Below are positions 1 through 9,017 of a stretch of 64,000 nt of DNA, piece after piece (positions within the stretch are counted from its first letter, which is position 1; every line of letters starts with the position of its first letter). Location of the stretch: positions 288,001 through 352,000 of the forward strand of contig OY969767.1 in assembly GCA_963702895.1 (NCBI GenBank). Direction: 5' to 3'. The position numbers and the translations under genes were made by a program. The notes under the pieces were generated by a model that did not search any database, was not told where the DNA came from, and saw only the letters and a list, made by a program, of their open reading frames with translations. Source of the stretch: an uncultured Elusimicrobia bacterium. Lineage in GTDB: Bacteria > Elusimicrobiota > Elusimicrobia > 2-01-FULL-59-12.

Positions 1-554
1 CGTGTGGCGCCCAGGGAATACGCCACCTCACGAAAAGAGACAGGTATCGCGCGAAGCGATTCTTCTGTCGCGACCACTACGGTGGGCAGCGTAAGGAGCG
101 CCATGGTGAGCGCGGCCCATAGGATCGCAGGCTGGCCCCAGACCATGGCCCCACCGAAAAAGAACCGGTCGATCCCCCGCCCCACGAACTGGATAAAAAA
201 TCCTAATCCAAAGAGCCCGTATACGATGGCGGGCACACCAGCAAGGTTCTGGATGGCCAATCGGACGAGCTCCACCAGGCGAGAGCCTTTCGGCGCGTAT
301 TCATGGAGATAGATCGCTGTCATCACGCCAAGGGGAATGACAAAAAGGGTCATGAGCGTCACCAGAAAAAGGGTCCCGAAAATGGCCGGGAAAATACCGC
401 CGGCGGTCATGCCCAGCTCGGGGGAACTCACGAGGAATTTCCAGCTCAGCATGGCCCAACCGTGGATGGCGATATTGCCGAGAATAAGCGCCACCATGAT
501 GACGATGGCCAAGGCGCAGAGGCCGGTGAGCGCGACAAAGGCTTTCCCGATCAT
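1..554 (-). CDS. pstA: Phosphate ABC transporter permease PstA (partial, runs off window start)
   Basis: Not in ORF track. Manual translation from ATG at 554 (TAATG overlap with pstC stop) gives MIGKAFVALTGL...AIYLHEYA...NLAGVPAIVYGLFGLGFF...LPTVVVATEESLRAIPVSFREVAYSLGAT, which are PstA motifs. Confidence 0.93.
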   Translation of the reverse strand, partial: MIGKAFVALTGLCALAIVIMVALILGNIAIHGWAMLSWKFLVSSPELGMTAGGIFPAIFGTLFLVTLMTLFVIPLGVMTAIYLHEYAPKGSRLVELVRLAIQNLAGVPAIVYGLFGLGFFIQFVGRGIDRFFFGGAMVWGQPAILWAALTMALLTLPTVVVATEESLRAIPVSFREVAYSLGAT

Positions 555-1534
555 TACACGCCCAGCACTTTCTTTTGGAGACGCTTCACGAACCAATGCC
601 CAAAGAGGTTCAGGACGAAAGTAAAGATAAAGAGCATCGTTCCCACAAAAAAGAGGGTGTGGTAATGCGCGCTCCCCACAACCACCTCGCCTAGTTCCGC
701 TGCGATCGTGGCCGAAAGCGTCCGGATGGGTTTCTCGAGTGTCCACGTGTAAACGGGCGCGTTGCCTGAAGACATGAGGACAATCATGGTCTCCCCGATC
801 GCGCGGCCGAATCCCAGGACGCAAGCGGCCAGAATCCCGGGCAGCGCCGCGGGGAAGACGACGCGCCAGGCGGTTTGCCAGCTCGAGGCTCCCATCGCGA
901 TGGACGCTTCGCGGTAGCTGCGTGGAACAGCCGTGAGCGCGTCATCGGCCACCGTGAAAACGATCGGAATGACGGCCAGCCCAAGAGCAATGCCGGCATT
1001 GATGGCGTTCAGTCGGTAGACGACTCCAAAGAGGTTTTGGACATAGCTGGCCATGACCATGAGGGCGAAAAAACCAAGCACGACCGACGGGATGCCGGCC
1101 AAGAGTTCGATCACGGGTTTCAGGACCTCTTTCATCCAGTTGGGCGCGAATTCCGACGTGAAGAGCGCCGCCCCTAGCGCCAAAGGGGTCGCAAAGAGCA
1201 TGGCGACAAAGGTCGCCTTGAGCGTCCCAATAAACAGGGGATAAAGGGAATATTTTGGAATGAGAGACACAGGTTGCCAGGAAAAGCGTCCATCTTGCGG
1301 AAGAAATAACAGGCGCCAATTCGATTCTTTTTGGATTTCTTCAGAGAGTAAGATCGGGAGCGCTTCTTTGCCGATAAAGACGAAAATGAGGAGCAGCCCG
1401 ATGATGGCGACAAAAGCGCTGGCATAAATCACGCCCTCCACGAGGGCTTCGATCCAGGCTAGGCGTGAAGGTTGTGACGGAGCGCTTGCTAGCGGTGCCG
1501 CTTGGCGAGGGGAAAGTATCCCACCTCTTGGCAT
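554..1534 (-). CDS. pstC: Phosphate ABC transporter permease PstC (operon 1)
   Basis: LAGIPSVVLGFF, EASIAMGAS (EAA loop), GRAIGETM motifs. Start uncertain (ATG 1534 vs TTG 1564). Confidence 0.93.
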   Translation of the reverse strand: MPRGGILSPRQAAPLASAPSQPSRLAWIEALVEGVIYASAFVAIIGLLLIFVFIGKEALPILLSEEIQKESNWRLLFLPQDGRFSWQPVSLIPKYSLYPLFIGTLKATFVAMLFATPLALGAALFTSEFAPNWMKEVLKPVIELLAGIPSVVLGFFALMVMASYVQNLFGVVYRLNAINAGIALGLAVIPIVFTVADDALTAVPRSYREASIAMGASSWQTAWRVVFPAALPGILAACVLGFGRAIGETMIVLMSSGNAPVYTWTLEKPIRTLSATIAAELGEVVVGSAHYHTLFFVGTMLFIFTFVLNLFGHWFVKRLQKKVLGV

Positions 1535-2472
1535 ATCTTCTGTCCTTCTGGTCCCAGGACCCAATCGATAAAGGTCTTTGCGTTTCCTTCAGGCTTGCCT
1601 GCGATATAAAAAAAGAGAGAGCGCGAAAGAGGATACGTTCCACGTTCCACGTTCCCCATCGATGGCGCAAGCGCGGGGCTTTTGTCATCCTTGCTCACCT
1701 TGAGGAGCTTGGTCCCTTTCGAGTAGGCAATACCCCCGTATCCGATGGCGCGCTTGTCTTTACTGACGGCGTTGATGACAGCCGCAGTGCCTGGCAAACT
1801 CAGGACATCCGGGGCGAAATCCTCATTTTTAAGAACATGTTCTTTGAAGAAGGCGTACGTGCCCGAGTTGTTTTCTCGGCCGTAGGCCACAATGGGCCCA
1901 AGCGGAGAGCCCAGCTCTTCCCAACGCGTCATTTGGCCGGTGTAAATGGCCATGAGTTGCGGCATCGAAATGCTCTCAATTGGATTTAGCTCGTCCACAT
2001 AAACCGACAGACCGTCCAAAGCGACGGCAATTTCGCTCACGTCTCGGCCACGCTTCGCTTTGACCGTCGCTTTTTCTTCCGCCTTCATCGGTCGTGATGC
2101 CTGGGCGATGTCCGTCCCTCCATTAATGAGTGCTGCGATCCCGGTGCCAGAGCCACCGCCGGTCACCTGCACAACGGTCTCCGGGTGGGTCTTCATATAG
2201 GTCTCAGCCCATCGCTGAGCGAGGATGACCATGGTGTCGGAGCCCTTGATGGTGATCGATGCCGCTGCTTGTGCGGGAGCCGCTGCCGAAATCATAACCA
2301 GGAAGAAGGCGACCAGGCGGACCGCCCATCCGCCTCCGCACGGCACCACGCGCTCAGCGCGTGGGGGAATGCTTCGGCGGATGTCCGCCGTAGCCTTGGC
2401 GAAGGCGGTCATAAAAAGATGCCACGGGCTCTGCCCGTGGGGCTGCCATTTTGAAAGACAACATAGTCTCAT
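1489..2472 (-). CDS. pstS: Phosphate-binding periplasmic protein PstS (operon 1)
   Basis: IKGSDT, GGGSGTGI, GRENNSGT, YPLSR motifs. ATG 2472 has a purine-rich RBS. Unusually long N-region before the signal peptide core. Confidence 0.93.
   Translation of the reverse strand: MRLCCLSKWQPHGQSPWHLFMTAFAKATADIRRSIPPRAERVVPCGGGWAVRLVAFFLVMISAAAPAQAAASITIKGSDTMVILAQRWAETYMKTHPETVVQVTGGGSGTGIAALINGGTDIAQASRPMKAEEKATVKAKRGRDVSEIAVALDGLSVYVDELNPIESISMPQLMAIYTGQMTRWEELGSPLGPIVAYGRENNSGTYAFFKEHVLKNEDFAPDVLSLPGTAAVINAVSKDKRAIGYGGIAYSKGTKLLKVSKDDKSPALAPSMGNVERGTYPLSRSLFFYIAGKPEGNAKTFIDWVLGPEGQKICQEVGYFPLAKRHR
2326..2443. repeat. Cluster of nested palindromic elements inside the pstS 5' coding region
   Basis: Hairpins CCACGGGC-TCT-GCCCGTGG (2422-2440), CCGCCGTAGCCTTGGCGAAGGCGG (2385-2408) and CCACGCGC-TCA-GCGCGTGG (2346-2364). 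Confidence 0.65.
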
Positions 2473-2490
2473 AACGTCCCCCTTTTTCCC

Positions 2491-2545
2491 ATTGTAGTTG
2501 CGGTCGGTGACATCAAGATGACAAGTACGTGACAACCGTATGACA
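2491..2545 (-). promoter_or_regulatory. PHO box (four half-sites) and -10 of pstS promoter
   Basis: Minus strand TGTCAT-N5-TGTCAC-N5-TGTCAT-N5-TGTCAC with exact 11-bp period, then 10 nt, then TACAAT. Matches the PhoB consensus half-site TGTCA. Confidence 0.9.
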
Positions 2546-2619
2546 TGGTACAAGATCCTCTCTCGGGGGTGCCATTGTTCAGCGCGTGTTGGATGTGGTC
2601 AGAACAGAATGCAGACTCT

Positions 2620-2785
2620 TAGCCGGGAAACTGCAGTTGCCGTCACCCCGGCGGATTGTTAGCCGGGGTCTATCATCGACGTAAAAATATGATGGATCCC
2701 CCCCTTACGACCGGGGGGGATGACGGTACAAAAAAGTCCCGACGTCTCAGTCGATAAAGAACGTTCAACAGAACTTTTCCGGTTA
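2620..2785. mobile_element. MITE/REP-like palindromic element, copy A
   Basis: Core CCGTCACCCCGGC..GCCGGGGTCTATCAT..ATGATGGATCCC..GGGATGACGG inside terminal inverted repeats TAGCCGGGAAA..TTTTCCGGTTA. Homologous copies at 27372, 29941, 37519, 41812. Confidence 0.85.
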
Positions 2786-2831
2786 GTGATGAAGGGCTGC
2801 GGTCGCGGGTTCGGGAGAGTCGGTCGAGGCG

Positions 2832-3512
2832 CTAGGGAGTCGGGAGAGCAACTTGACTCTCCGCATGGTGGCGGATATCTTTTCCTGCAATCACAAAGAC
2901 AACGTCCTCAGCGATGTTCGTGGCATGGTCGGCGATGCGTTCCAGGTTTCGCGAAATCAGGATGAGATCAATCGCGCGCTTGATGGTGGTTGGGTCTGAG
3001 ATCATATAGGTCAAGAGTTCCCGAAAGACTTGCAGCTTGAGATCGTCCACCTGATCGTCGCGGACCAGAACCGAACGAGCGAGATTCTCATCCCGATTAA
3101 CAAACGAGTCCAGAGCGTCTTTCAACATGGCGCTGGCGATTTGTGCCATGCGCGGGACATCGATCAGGGGCTTCAGCGGTGGCTCTTCCAAGAGATATTC
3201 TGTTGTCTGGCTGATATTGACCGCTTGATCGCCGATTCGTTCGAGGTCCGAATTGATTTTCATCGCGGCGGTGATAAACCGGAGATCAGACGCCGCGGGC
3301 TGGTGGAGGGCGATCATCCGGAGGCACCGCTCATCGATCTCAATCTGGAGTTTGTTGACGTCCTCTTCCTGCCGGTATACGGTTCGGGTCAGTTCGCGCT
3401 TGCGCTCGGTCAGAGCTTTGATGGCGATATGGATCATGGTCTCCGTCAGGCTCCCCATCGAAAGGATGCGCTCTTTAACCTGCTGTAAATCCTGGTCAAA
3501 ATGTCGTTCCAT
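2832..3512 (-). CDS. phoU: Phosphate signalling protein PhoU
   Basis: QPAASDLR, DLERIGD, NLERIADHATNIAE motifs. Confidence 0.97.
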   Translation of the reverse strand: MERHFDQDLQQVKERILSMGSLTETMIHIAIKALTERKRELTRTVYRQEEDVNKLQIEIDERCLRMIALHQPAASDLRFITAAMKINSDLERIGDQAVNISQTTEYLLEEPPLKPLIDVPRMAQIASAMLKDALDSFVNRDENLARSVLVRDDQVDDLKLQVFRELLTYMISDPTTIKRAIDLILISRNLERIADHATNIAEDVVFVIAGKDIRHHAESQVALPTP

Positions 3513-4315
3513 TATCCGAACCTCCCTGTGATGTAATCTTCGGTAAGTGGGTTAGAAGGGTTTGTGAAAATCTTTTCCGTCCGGTCGAATTCGGCGAGCC
3601 CCCCCAGGTACATGAAGCCGGTGTAGTCGGAGATTCGCCCTGCTTGTTGCATATTGTGCGTGACGATGAGGATTGTGACCTTCTTTTTAAGCTCACTGAT
3701 CAGTTCTTCGATCTTGGCTGTCGCGATCGGGTCTAGGGCGGAGGTCGGCTCATCAAAAAGGAGGATCTCCGGGTCTGTCGCCAGGGCGCGCGCGATACAG
3801 AGCCGCTGCTGCTGTCCCCCGGAAAGCGCGAACGCCTGCTGGTACAGACGGTCTTTGACCTCGTCCCACAAGGCTGCGTCGACGAGCGCTTTCTCAACAC
3901 GGTCATCCAGCTCCATTTTAGGCATAGACTCTCTGATCCTAACGCCATAGGCGACGTTCTCATGTATGGTTTTGGGAAAAGGATTCGGCTTTTGGAAGAC
4001 CATGCTGGCGCGCATGCGAACCTCGATGGGATCAACCTCAGGCCCTACCAGATTCACATTATCGGGATGGAGAATGATTTCTCCCTCGTATCGGTTGCCA
4101 GGGTAGAGATCATGCATCCGGTTGAAGCAGCGCAGGAATGTTGTTTTGCCGCATCCGGAAGGTCCGATCAAGGCGGTCACTTTCTTTTCGGTGATGGTGA
4201 CCGATAGGTTTTTTAAGGCTTGGTAGTTGCCGTAATGGAAACTAAAGTCTCTCACTTCGGCCTTGATGCTCGTTGGGGTGGTCGCCGGTCTCTCCAGACG
4301 TTCTGTTCCTACCAT
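3512..4315 (-). CDS. pstB: Phosphate ABC transporter ATP-binding protein PstB
   Basis: [40 protein letters not shown]-terminal YITGRFG. Confidence 0.97.
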   Translation of the reverse strand: MVGTERLERPATTPTSIKAEVRDFSFHYGNYQALKNLSVTITEKKVTALIGPSGCGKTTFLRCFNRMHDLYPGNRYEGEIILHPDNVNLVGPEVDPIEVRMRASMVFQKPNPFPKTIHENVAYGVRIRESMPKMELDDRVEKALVDAALWDEVKDRLYQQAFALSGGQQQRLCIARALATDPEILLFDEPTSALDPIATAKIEELISELKKKVTILIVTHNMQQAGRISDYTGFMYLGGLAEFDRTEKIFTNPSNPLTEDYITGRFG

Positions 4316-5217
4316 TTGATATTCCTCCGCGTGCGATAGCGCAAATAAATGGCCATGCCGTTCATGAGCAGCGTCATCGCCATGACCACCAGGCCTGCGG
4401 CCGCTGCGTTTAAATGAAAAGACGCCTGTGGTCGTGACACCCAGTTAAAAATCTGTATGGGCAAAACGGTGTAAGGTGAGCGGAGCCACTCGAACGAAAG
4501 AAAAGGGAACTGCCCTTGAATGGGCGAAGGCGGCAGAAAGGCGATGTAGGTCAGGGCGCCGATGGTGATCAGGGGCGCGCTCTCCCCTATGGCACGAGAC
4601 AGGCCGATGATGACGCCCGTGAGGATGCCACCCGATGAGTAGGGGAGTACATGATGCTTGAGGGTTTGCCACCGGGTCGCGCCGAGGGCGTAGGCGGCTT
4701 CCCGGATACTGCCAGGGATAGCGCGAACCGCTTCGCGCGTCGCGATAATGACAATGGGAAGAATCAAGAGCGCAAGCGTCAAGCCTGCCGTGATGACGCT
4801 TTGCCCAAGCCGGAATTGGTATACAAAGAGCCCTAAAGCCATCAGGCCATAGACGATAGACGGAACGCCGGCGAGATTGGCGATATTGATCTCAATCACG
4901 TGGGTGAGCCAGTTCTTGCGAGCATATTCTTCGAGATAAAGCCCGGCGGCGACCCCCAGAGGAACAGCGCTCAAAGCGGTCACGAGCATCACCACGAGCG
5001 TCCCCACCCAGGCCGACAAGATTCCGGCTTTGTTGGCAAAACGCGACGGGTAGGAAAAGAAGAACTTAAGGGAAAGTCTCGGGAAGCCGTCCATGGCCAG
5101 ATTGATTAGAAGCGCCATTAAGGTCACCAGGCACACCAGGAGACAAATGAGTCCGAGAAAAGAAAAGGCCTTGTCCCACCGCTTTCTTCGTGAGATGCCG
5201 ACGCGAAGGTCTTTCAT
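4309..5217 (-). CDS. pstA: Phosphate ABC transporter permease PstA (operon 2)
   Basis: [25 protein letters not shown]. Likely start MKDLRV at 5217 overlapping the pstC stop (TGATG). Confidence 0.93.
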   Translation of the reverse strand: MKDLRVGISRRKRWDKAFSFLGLICLLVCLVTLMALLINLAMDGFPRLSLKFFFSYPSRFANKAGILSAWVGTLVVMLVTALSAVPLGVAAGLYLEEYARKNWLTHVIEINIANLAGVPSIVYGLMALGLFVYQFRLGQSVITAGLTLALLILPIVIIATREAVRAIPGSIREAAYALGATRWQTLKHHVLPYSSGGILTGVIIGLSRAIGESAPLITIGALTYIAFLPPSPIQGQFPFLSFEWLRSPYTVLPIQIFNWVSRPQASFHLNAAAAGLVVMAMTLLMNGMAIYLRYRTRRNIKW

Positions 5218-6221
5218 CAATACACTTCCCGATAACGGCGCTTGAGCAAAAACCCAATAATGTTGAAGACGAGGGTCATCAACATCAGCGTGAGGCCGGC
5301 GACGAAAATGGTTTGATACCCCACGCTTCCATGCGGCAAATCTCCCAGTGCGACCTGGACAATGTAGGCCGTGATCGTCGCGGCCTGTTCCATGGGGTTC
5401 CAGGTCAGTTGCGGCTGCATGCCGGCCGCGATCGCCACCACCATGGTTTCTCCGATGGCGCGCGAAAACGCCAGCACGTAGGCCGATGAGATGCCCGAGG
5501 CCGCTGCGGGGACCACGACGCGCAAGGCAGTCTGGAACTTGGTCGCTCCGACCGCATAGGAGGCCTCTCTCAAGTCCATCGGGACCGATTTCATCGCGTC
5601 CTCGCTCATCGAACTGACGTAAGGAATGATCATCACGCCGAGAACAAGGCCGGCGCTCAGCATATTGAAACTGGGCAGCCCCGGGATCATCTTCTGGAGG
5701 AGCGGTGTCACAAAGAGGAGCGCAAAATAACCGAACACCACCGTGGGCACAGCGCTCAGAAGTTCTAGAAAGGGCTTGGTCACTTCGCGAAGTTTGGGCG
5801 GGGCATATTCGCTCAAGTAAATTGCCGCGATCGTCCCAACGGGAATGGAGAAGAGCAGGGCGATGCCTGCTGTCACCAGAGTCCCGGACAGAAGGGGAAG
5901 AATGCCGTAGTGCGGCTCGCTGAAGAGCGGCGTCCACTGAGTGTCGGTGAGGAACTCCACAATGGAGACCTGGCGAAAAAACCGCATGGACTCTGTCAGC
6001 AAAATCCCAACAATTCCTATGGTGACAAAGATCGATGAAGCCGCTGCCAAGAGCAAAGCCACTTCAATCAATCGTTCGCGTATTTGTTGAGCGCGGCTAT
6101 GCCTGCGTCTCAAAGGTGGGCGGACGGGAAGATCCACCTTCAGAGGCGCGCCGGGCGGTGTCGTCCGGCGCGCCAGAGAAGAGGGTGTAACGGGCTTCTC
6201 CATCACGATGGAGTCAGCCAT
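5217..6221 (-). CDS. pstC: Phosphate ABC transporter permease PstC (operon 2)
   Basis: WTPLFSEPHYGILPL, VPTVVFGYFAL, SRAIGETMVV. Confidence 0.93.
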   Translation of the reverse strand: MADSIVMEKPVTPSSLARRTTPPGAPLKVDLPVRPPLRRRHSRAQQIRERLIEVALLLAAASSIFVTIGIVGILLTESMRFFRQVSIVEFLTDTQWTPLFSEPHYGILPLLSGTLVTAGIALLFSIPVGTIAAIYLSEYAPPKLREVTKPFLELLSAVPTVVFGYFALLFVTPLLQKMIPGLPSFNMLSAGLVLGVMIIPYVSSMSEDAMKSVPMDLREASYAVGATKFQTALRVVVPAAASGISSAYVLAFSRAIGETMVVAIAAGMQPQLTWNPMEQAATITAYIVQVALGDLPHGSVGYQTIFVAGLTLMLMTLVFNIIGFLLKRRYREVY

Positions 6222-6228
6222 GGAACGT

Positions 6229-7227
6229 TCAGCTCACGAGCCGCTTGGCTAGAATCTCGTGGATATTCAGCCCCACGGCATTCTTGCCGCCAAAGGCGGT
6301 GCCGGTCTTTCCCTCTTGGGCTCGGGACTGGATTTTCTGATACGCCTTCTCATCCAGAGGGACATATTTCACTTCTTTGACGAGTCGTTTGGCGTTCTGG
6401 AGGTAGAACTCGACAAACTGTTTCACTTCTGGCTTCGTCAGCGACTTCTTGCTCACGTAGATGAAGATAGGCCGAGACAGAGGCGCGTAGGTCCCGTTAT
6501 CGACGTTAGCCATGGAAGGTTCCACGGCCCCCTTGCCGCCGTCCACTTTGAGGGCCTTCAGTTTGTCCTGATTTTCAATGTAGTAGGCAAACCCGAAGTA
6601 ACCCAGAGCGTGGGGGTCCTTCGCCACGCCTTGGACGAGCACGTTATCATCTTCGCTTGCCGTATAATCGCCTCGGCTGGCTTTCGATTTCCCATTGATG
6701 GCTTCGGTGAAGTAATCAAAGGTGCCAGAGTCCGATCCGGGGCCAAAGAGAGACAGCTTCTGATTCGGCCAGGAGGCTTTGACGTCGCTCCACTTGCTCA
6801 CGGCTCCCTGAGCGGTCGGTTCCCACATTCGCTTGAGCTCGGCGACGGTTATGGAGTCAAGGAAGGTGTTCTGTTTGCTCGTGACGACTGTTAGAGCATC
6901 ATAAGCAACAGGCAGTTCAATGTATTGAATACCGCTCTCCCAGCATCCATCCATCTCCTTCTTGGAAATGGGCCGCGACGCGTCCGAAATGTCGATTTCA
7001 CCCCGACAGAACTTCTTGAAGCCGCCTCCCGTTCCCGATATTCCCACGGTCACCTTGGTGCCGGGGTTTGCTTTCAGGAATTCCTCCGCGACCGCTTCCG
7101 TGATGGGGTACACCGTACTGGAGCCGTCTATTTTAATGATGGGACTCTCGGCGGAGCTTGGTGAGATCCCCAAGGGAGCCACGAAGGCTGCGCAGAGCAA
7201 GCTTCTGAGCCACTGTTCTATTCTCAT
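6229..7227 (-). CDS. pstS: Phosphate-binding protein PstS (operon 2, SphX/PstS-like subtype)
   Basis: IDGSSTVYPI, GTGGGFKKFC, SGTFDYFTE, SEDDNVLV, YAPLSRP. AAGGAG RBS before ATG 7227. Confidence 0.95.
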   Translation of the reverse strand: MRIEQWLRSLLCAAFVAPLGISPSSAESPIIKIDGSSTVYPITEAVAEEFLKANPGTKVTVGISGTGGGFKKFCRGEIDISDASRPISKKEMDGCWESGIQYIELPVAYDALTVVTSKQNTFLDSITVAELKRMWEPTAQGAVSKWSDVKASWPNQKLSLFGPGSDSGTFDYFTEAINGKSKASRGDYTASEDDNVLVQGVAKDPHALGYFGFAYYIENQDKLKALKVDGGKGAVEPSMANVDNGTYAPLSRPIFIYVSKKSLTKPEVKQFVEFYLQNAKRLVKEVKYVPLDEKAYQKIQSRAQEGKTGTAFGGKNAVGLNIHEILAKRLVS

Positions 7228-7256
7228 CGTATTTCTCCTTTTCAAAGTTGTGCTCA

Positions 7257-8450
7257 TTAGAATTTAAAGACCGCATCGATTTGGAGCCGATTGATATTGG
7301 CGGGTCGATGCGTGGTGGAAGCCGCATAGGGGTAGCTGGTGTTGATGAACGGATTGGTCCTCTCCGTGATGAAATACTTGGTCTGGAGAGTGAAGAAATC
7401 CGTGAAGGCGTGCGCCAGCCAGAAGATGTAACCCTTGCGGTTGGTTCCCCCGTTGCCCCAGTCCGAGTCTGCGAAGTCCGAGAGGGTGGCATTGGCTTCG
7501 GAATACTTATGGAAGACGCCGCCTTCCGTCTGGCCCGCGGTCTTGGCGCTTCCCACGATGAGGCCGAATTGATAACCCGTATCGAAACCATTGGCCCTCT
7601 TCGAATCGACATTTCGAACGAAGTCCGCCTGCACGCGCATCGGAACCAGGGCCTGGAAACCAACTTCGGTCATCAGGTGCAGCATATTAAACTCACCGGC
7701 CAGTCGAGTTCCCTGCCCGTTGACGCGGGTGTTGTCGCCCTGAATGACGGTGGAATCGAACGCTCCCGTTGAGTGCAGAACGCTCTGGGTCTCGTTGGTC
7801 ACGTTGTAGTTGGCCACAGCCAAATTCCAGCGCACTCCTCCTCCGAGTTTGGTTCGTACCCCAATTTGGTTTCCAAAGAGCCATGGGTCTTTCTTGCTGG
7901 TGCTTATTTCATTGACGGGAGCCTGCATGAAGTTACCAAAGACGTTCACAATATCATTGACGTCATAGGAGGCTTGTTCTGAAAATCCCTCGGGGTTCAG
8001 GTCTCCGTCCCAAATCAGATCACTGGAATAGAGGCGCCAGAAGGGATTTTCTTGCTTTCCGGCATGGACCTTGAACAAATCCCCACCCTTATAAGTCACA
8101 TAAGCCTGATCGATGTAGATATTTTTTTGATTCCAGCCATTGCTGAAGGTTTGATTGGTCGAAGTCTGCTCTCCCGTTCCGGAAGCCAGGCGGAAGGTGG
8201 CCATCCATTTGTCCATCTCCGCTTTGACGCCAAAACGAAGCCGCATTCTCTGCCGGTGACGGTCATCCGCACCGGGAATCAGAAAAGACTCCTGACGAAG
8301 ACGCAAATCGCCGCCAAACGTCAACTTATTCGTGCTGCTCGTGGAGCCCTCCATGGCTGCTCCGTATAAAGAGCCAACGCTTTGGACAGCCACAAACATG
8401 GCGCCCAGGATGACCCATTTATAGGATTTGATTCTGCTCATTAAGTTCAT
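7257..8450 (-). CDS. Putative outer-membrane porin upstream of pstS (likely phosphate uptake)
   Basis: Signal peptide, FGGDLRLRQE/RQRMRLR, DQAY, WDGDLNPEG, SDFADSD..GGTN, C-terminal beta-signal RLQIDAVFKF. AAGGAG RBS before 8450. Confidence 0.8.
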   Translation of the reverse strand: MNLMSRIKSYKWVILGAMFVAVQSVGSLYGAAMEGSTSSTNKLTFGGDLRLRQESFLIPGADDRHRQRMRLRFGVKAEMDKWMATFRLASGTGEQTSTNQTFSNGWNQKNIYIDQAYVTYKGGDLFKVHAGKQENPFWRLYSSDLIWDGDLNPEGFSEQASYDVNDIVNVFGNFMQAPVNEISTSKKDPWLFGNQIGVRTKLGGGVRWNLAVANYNVTNETQSVLHSTGAFDSTVIQGDNTRVNGQGTRLAGEFNMLHLMTEVGFQALVPMRVQADFVRNVDSKRANGFDTGYQFGLIVGSAKTAGQTEGGVFHKYSEANATLSDFADSDWGNGGTNRKGYIFWLAHAFTDFFTLQTKYFITERTNPFINTSYPYAASTTHRPANINRLQIDAVFKF

Positions 8451-8523
8451 TTTCTGGTTTCTCCTTTTTTTGTCCGAGTTAGTTCGGACGTCGTTTCTTC
8501 CCATTATTTACCTATGATGAGAA

Positions 8524-8568
8524 TGACGGGCGGCACCCGCGAAAAGGGGAAAAGGGTGCCGCCCGTCA
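8524..8568. terminator. 15-bp perfect GC-rich hairpin (terminator, attenuator or processing site)
   Basis: TGACGGGCGGCACCC (8524-8538) / GGGTGCCGCCCGTCA (8554-8568). No clean U-tract. Confidence 0.5.
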
Positions 8569-8671
8569 ATAGTGTTACTACCCCTCGATTCCCCTTTTTT
8601 CATGTCACTGAATCCTTGCTTGACCAAATCGGTGGGACCCGAAACCAGCCCCTCCTTTGTAGCGCGCTTGG

Positions 8672-8908
8672 CTAGGCAGCCTCTCGTAGTTTCTTCAGGC
8701 TTGTTTCAATGAGTCCCAGCTGGCAGCGCAGGGCGCCCTCTTCGAGGTCGCCCAAGTCCAGCTCGTCCATGACGCCGTTTAAGATCTCGATCTGGCGCTG
8801 GACAGCGGCGCGCACGTATTCTTTCCGATTCTCTTGTATACCTGTACATCTTTCATCCCGTTCGCGGGCTGCCCATACGAGCGCCAGCGGGGGTATTGTT
8901 GTCACCAT
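8672..8908 (-). CDS. Small hypothetical helical protein (78 aa)
   Basis: AAGGAGG RBS before ATG 8908, PHO-like boxes upstream, same strand as neighbours. Confidence 0.65.
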   Translation of the reverse strand: MVTTIPPLALVWAARERDERCTGIQENRKEYVRAAVQRQIEILNGVMDELDLGDLEEGALRCQLGLIETSLKKLREAA

Positions 8909-8987
8909 GCCAGTGACCTCCTTGCATTTATGTATTTTCATTCGTCTCATTTTAAGCGGCCTGGGTTTCAAGATCTATAGTTGCTAG

Positions 8988-9015
8988 GTAAAACCTGAAT
9001 GACGGGTATGTGACG
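8988..9015 (-). promoter_or_regulatory. PHO-box-like direct repeat upstream of small ORF/porin-pst operon
   Basis: CGTCAC-N5-CGTCAT-TCAGG-TTTTAC, 11-bp period. Confidence 0.7.
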
Positions 9016-9017
9016 AC

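Noticed and set aside
5218..5937. N-terminal 240 aa of the 542-aa ORF 4309..5937
   Set aside because: Overlaps pstC in another frame. PstA similarity begins only at MKDLRV (5217).
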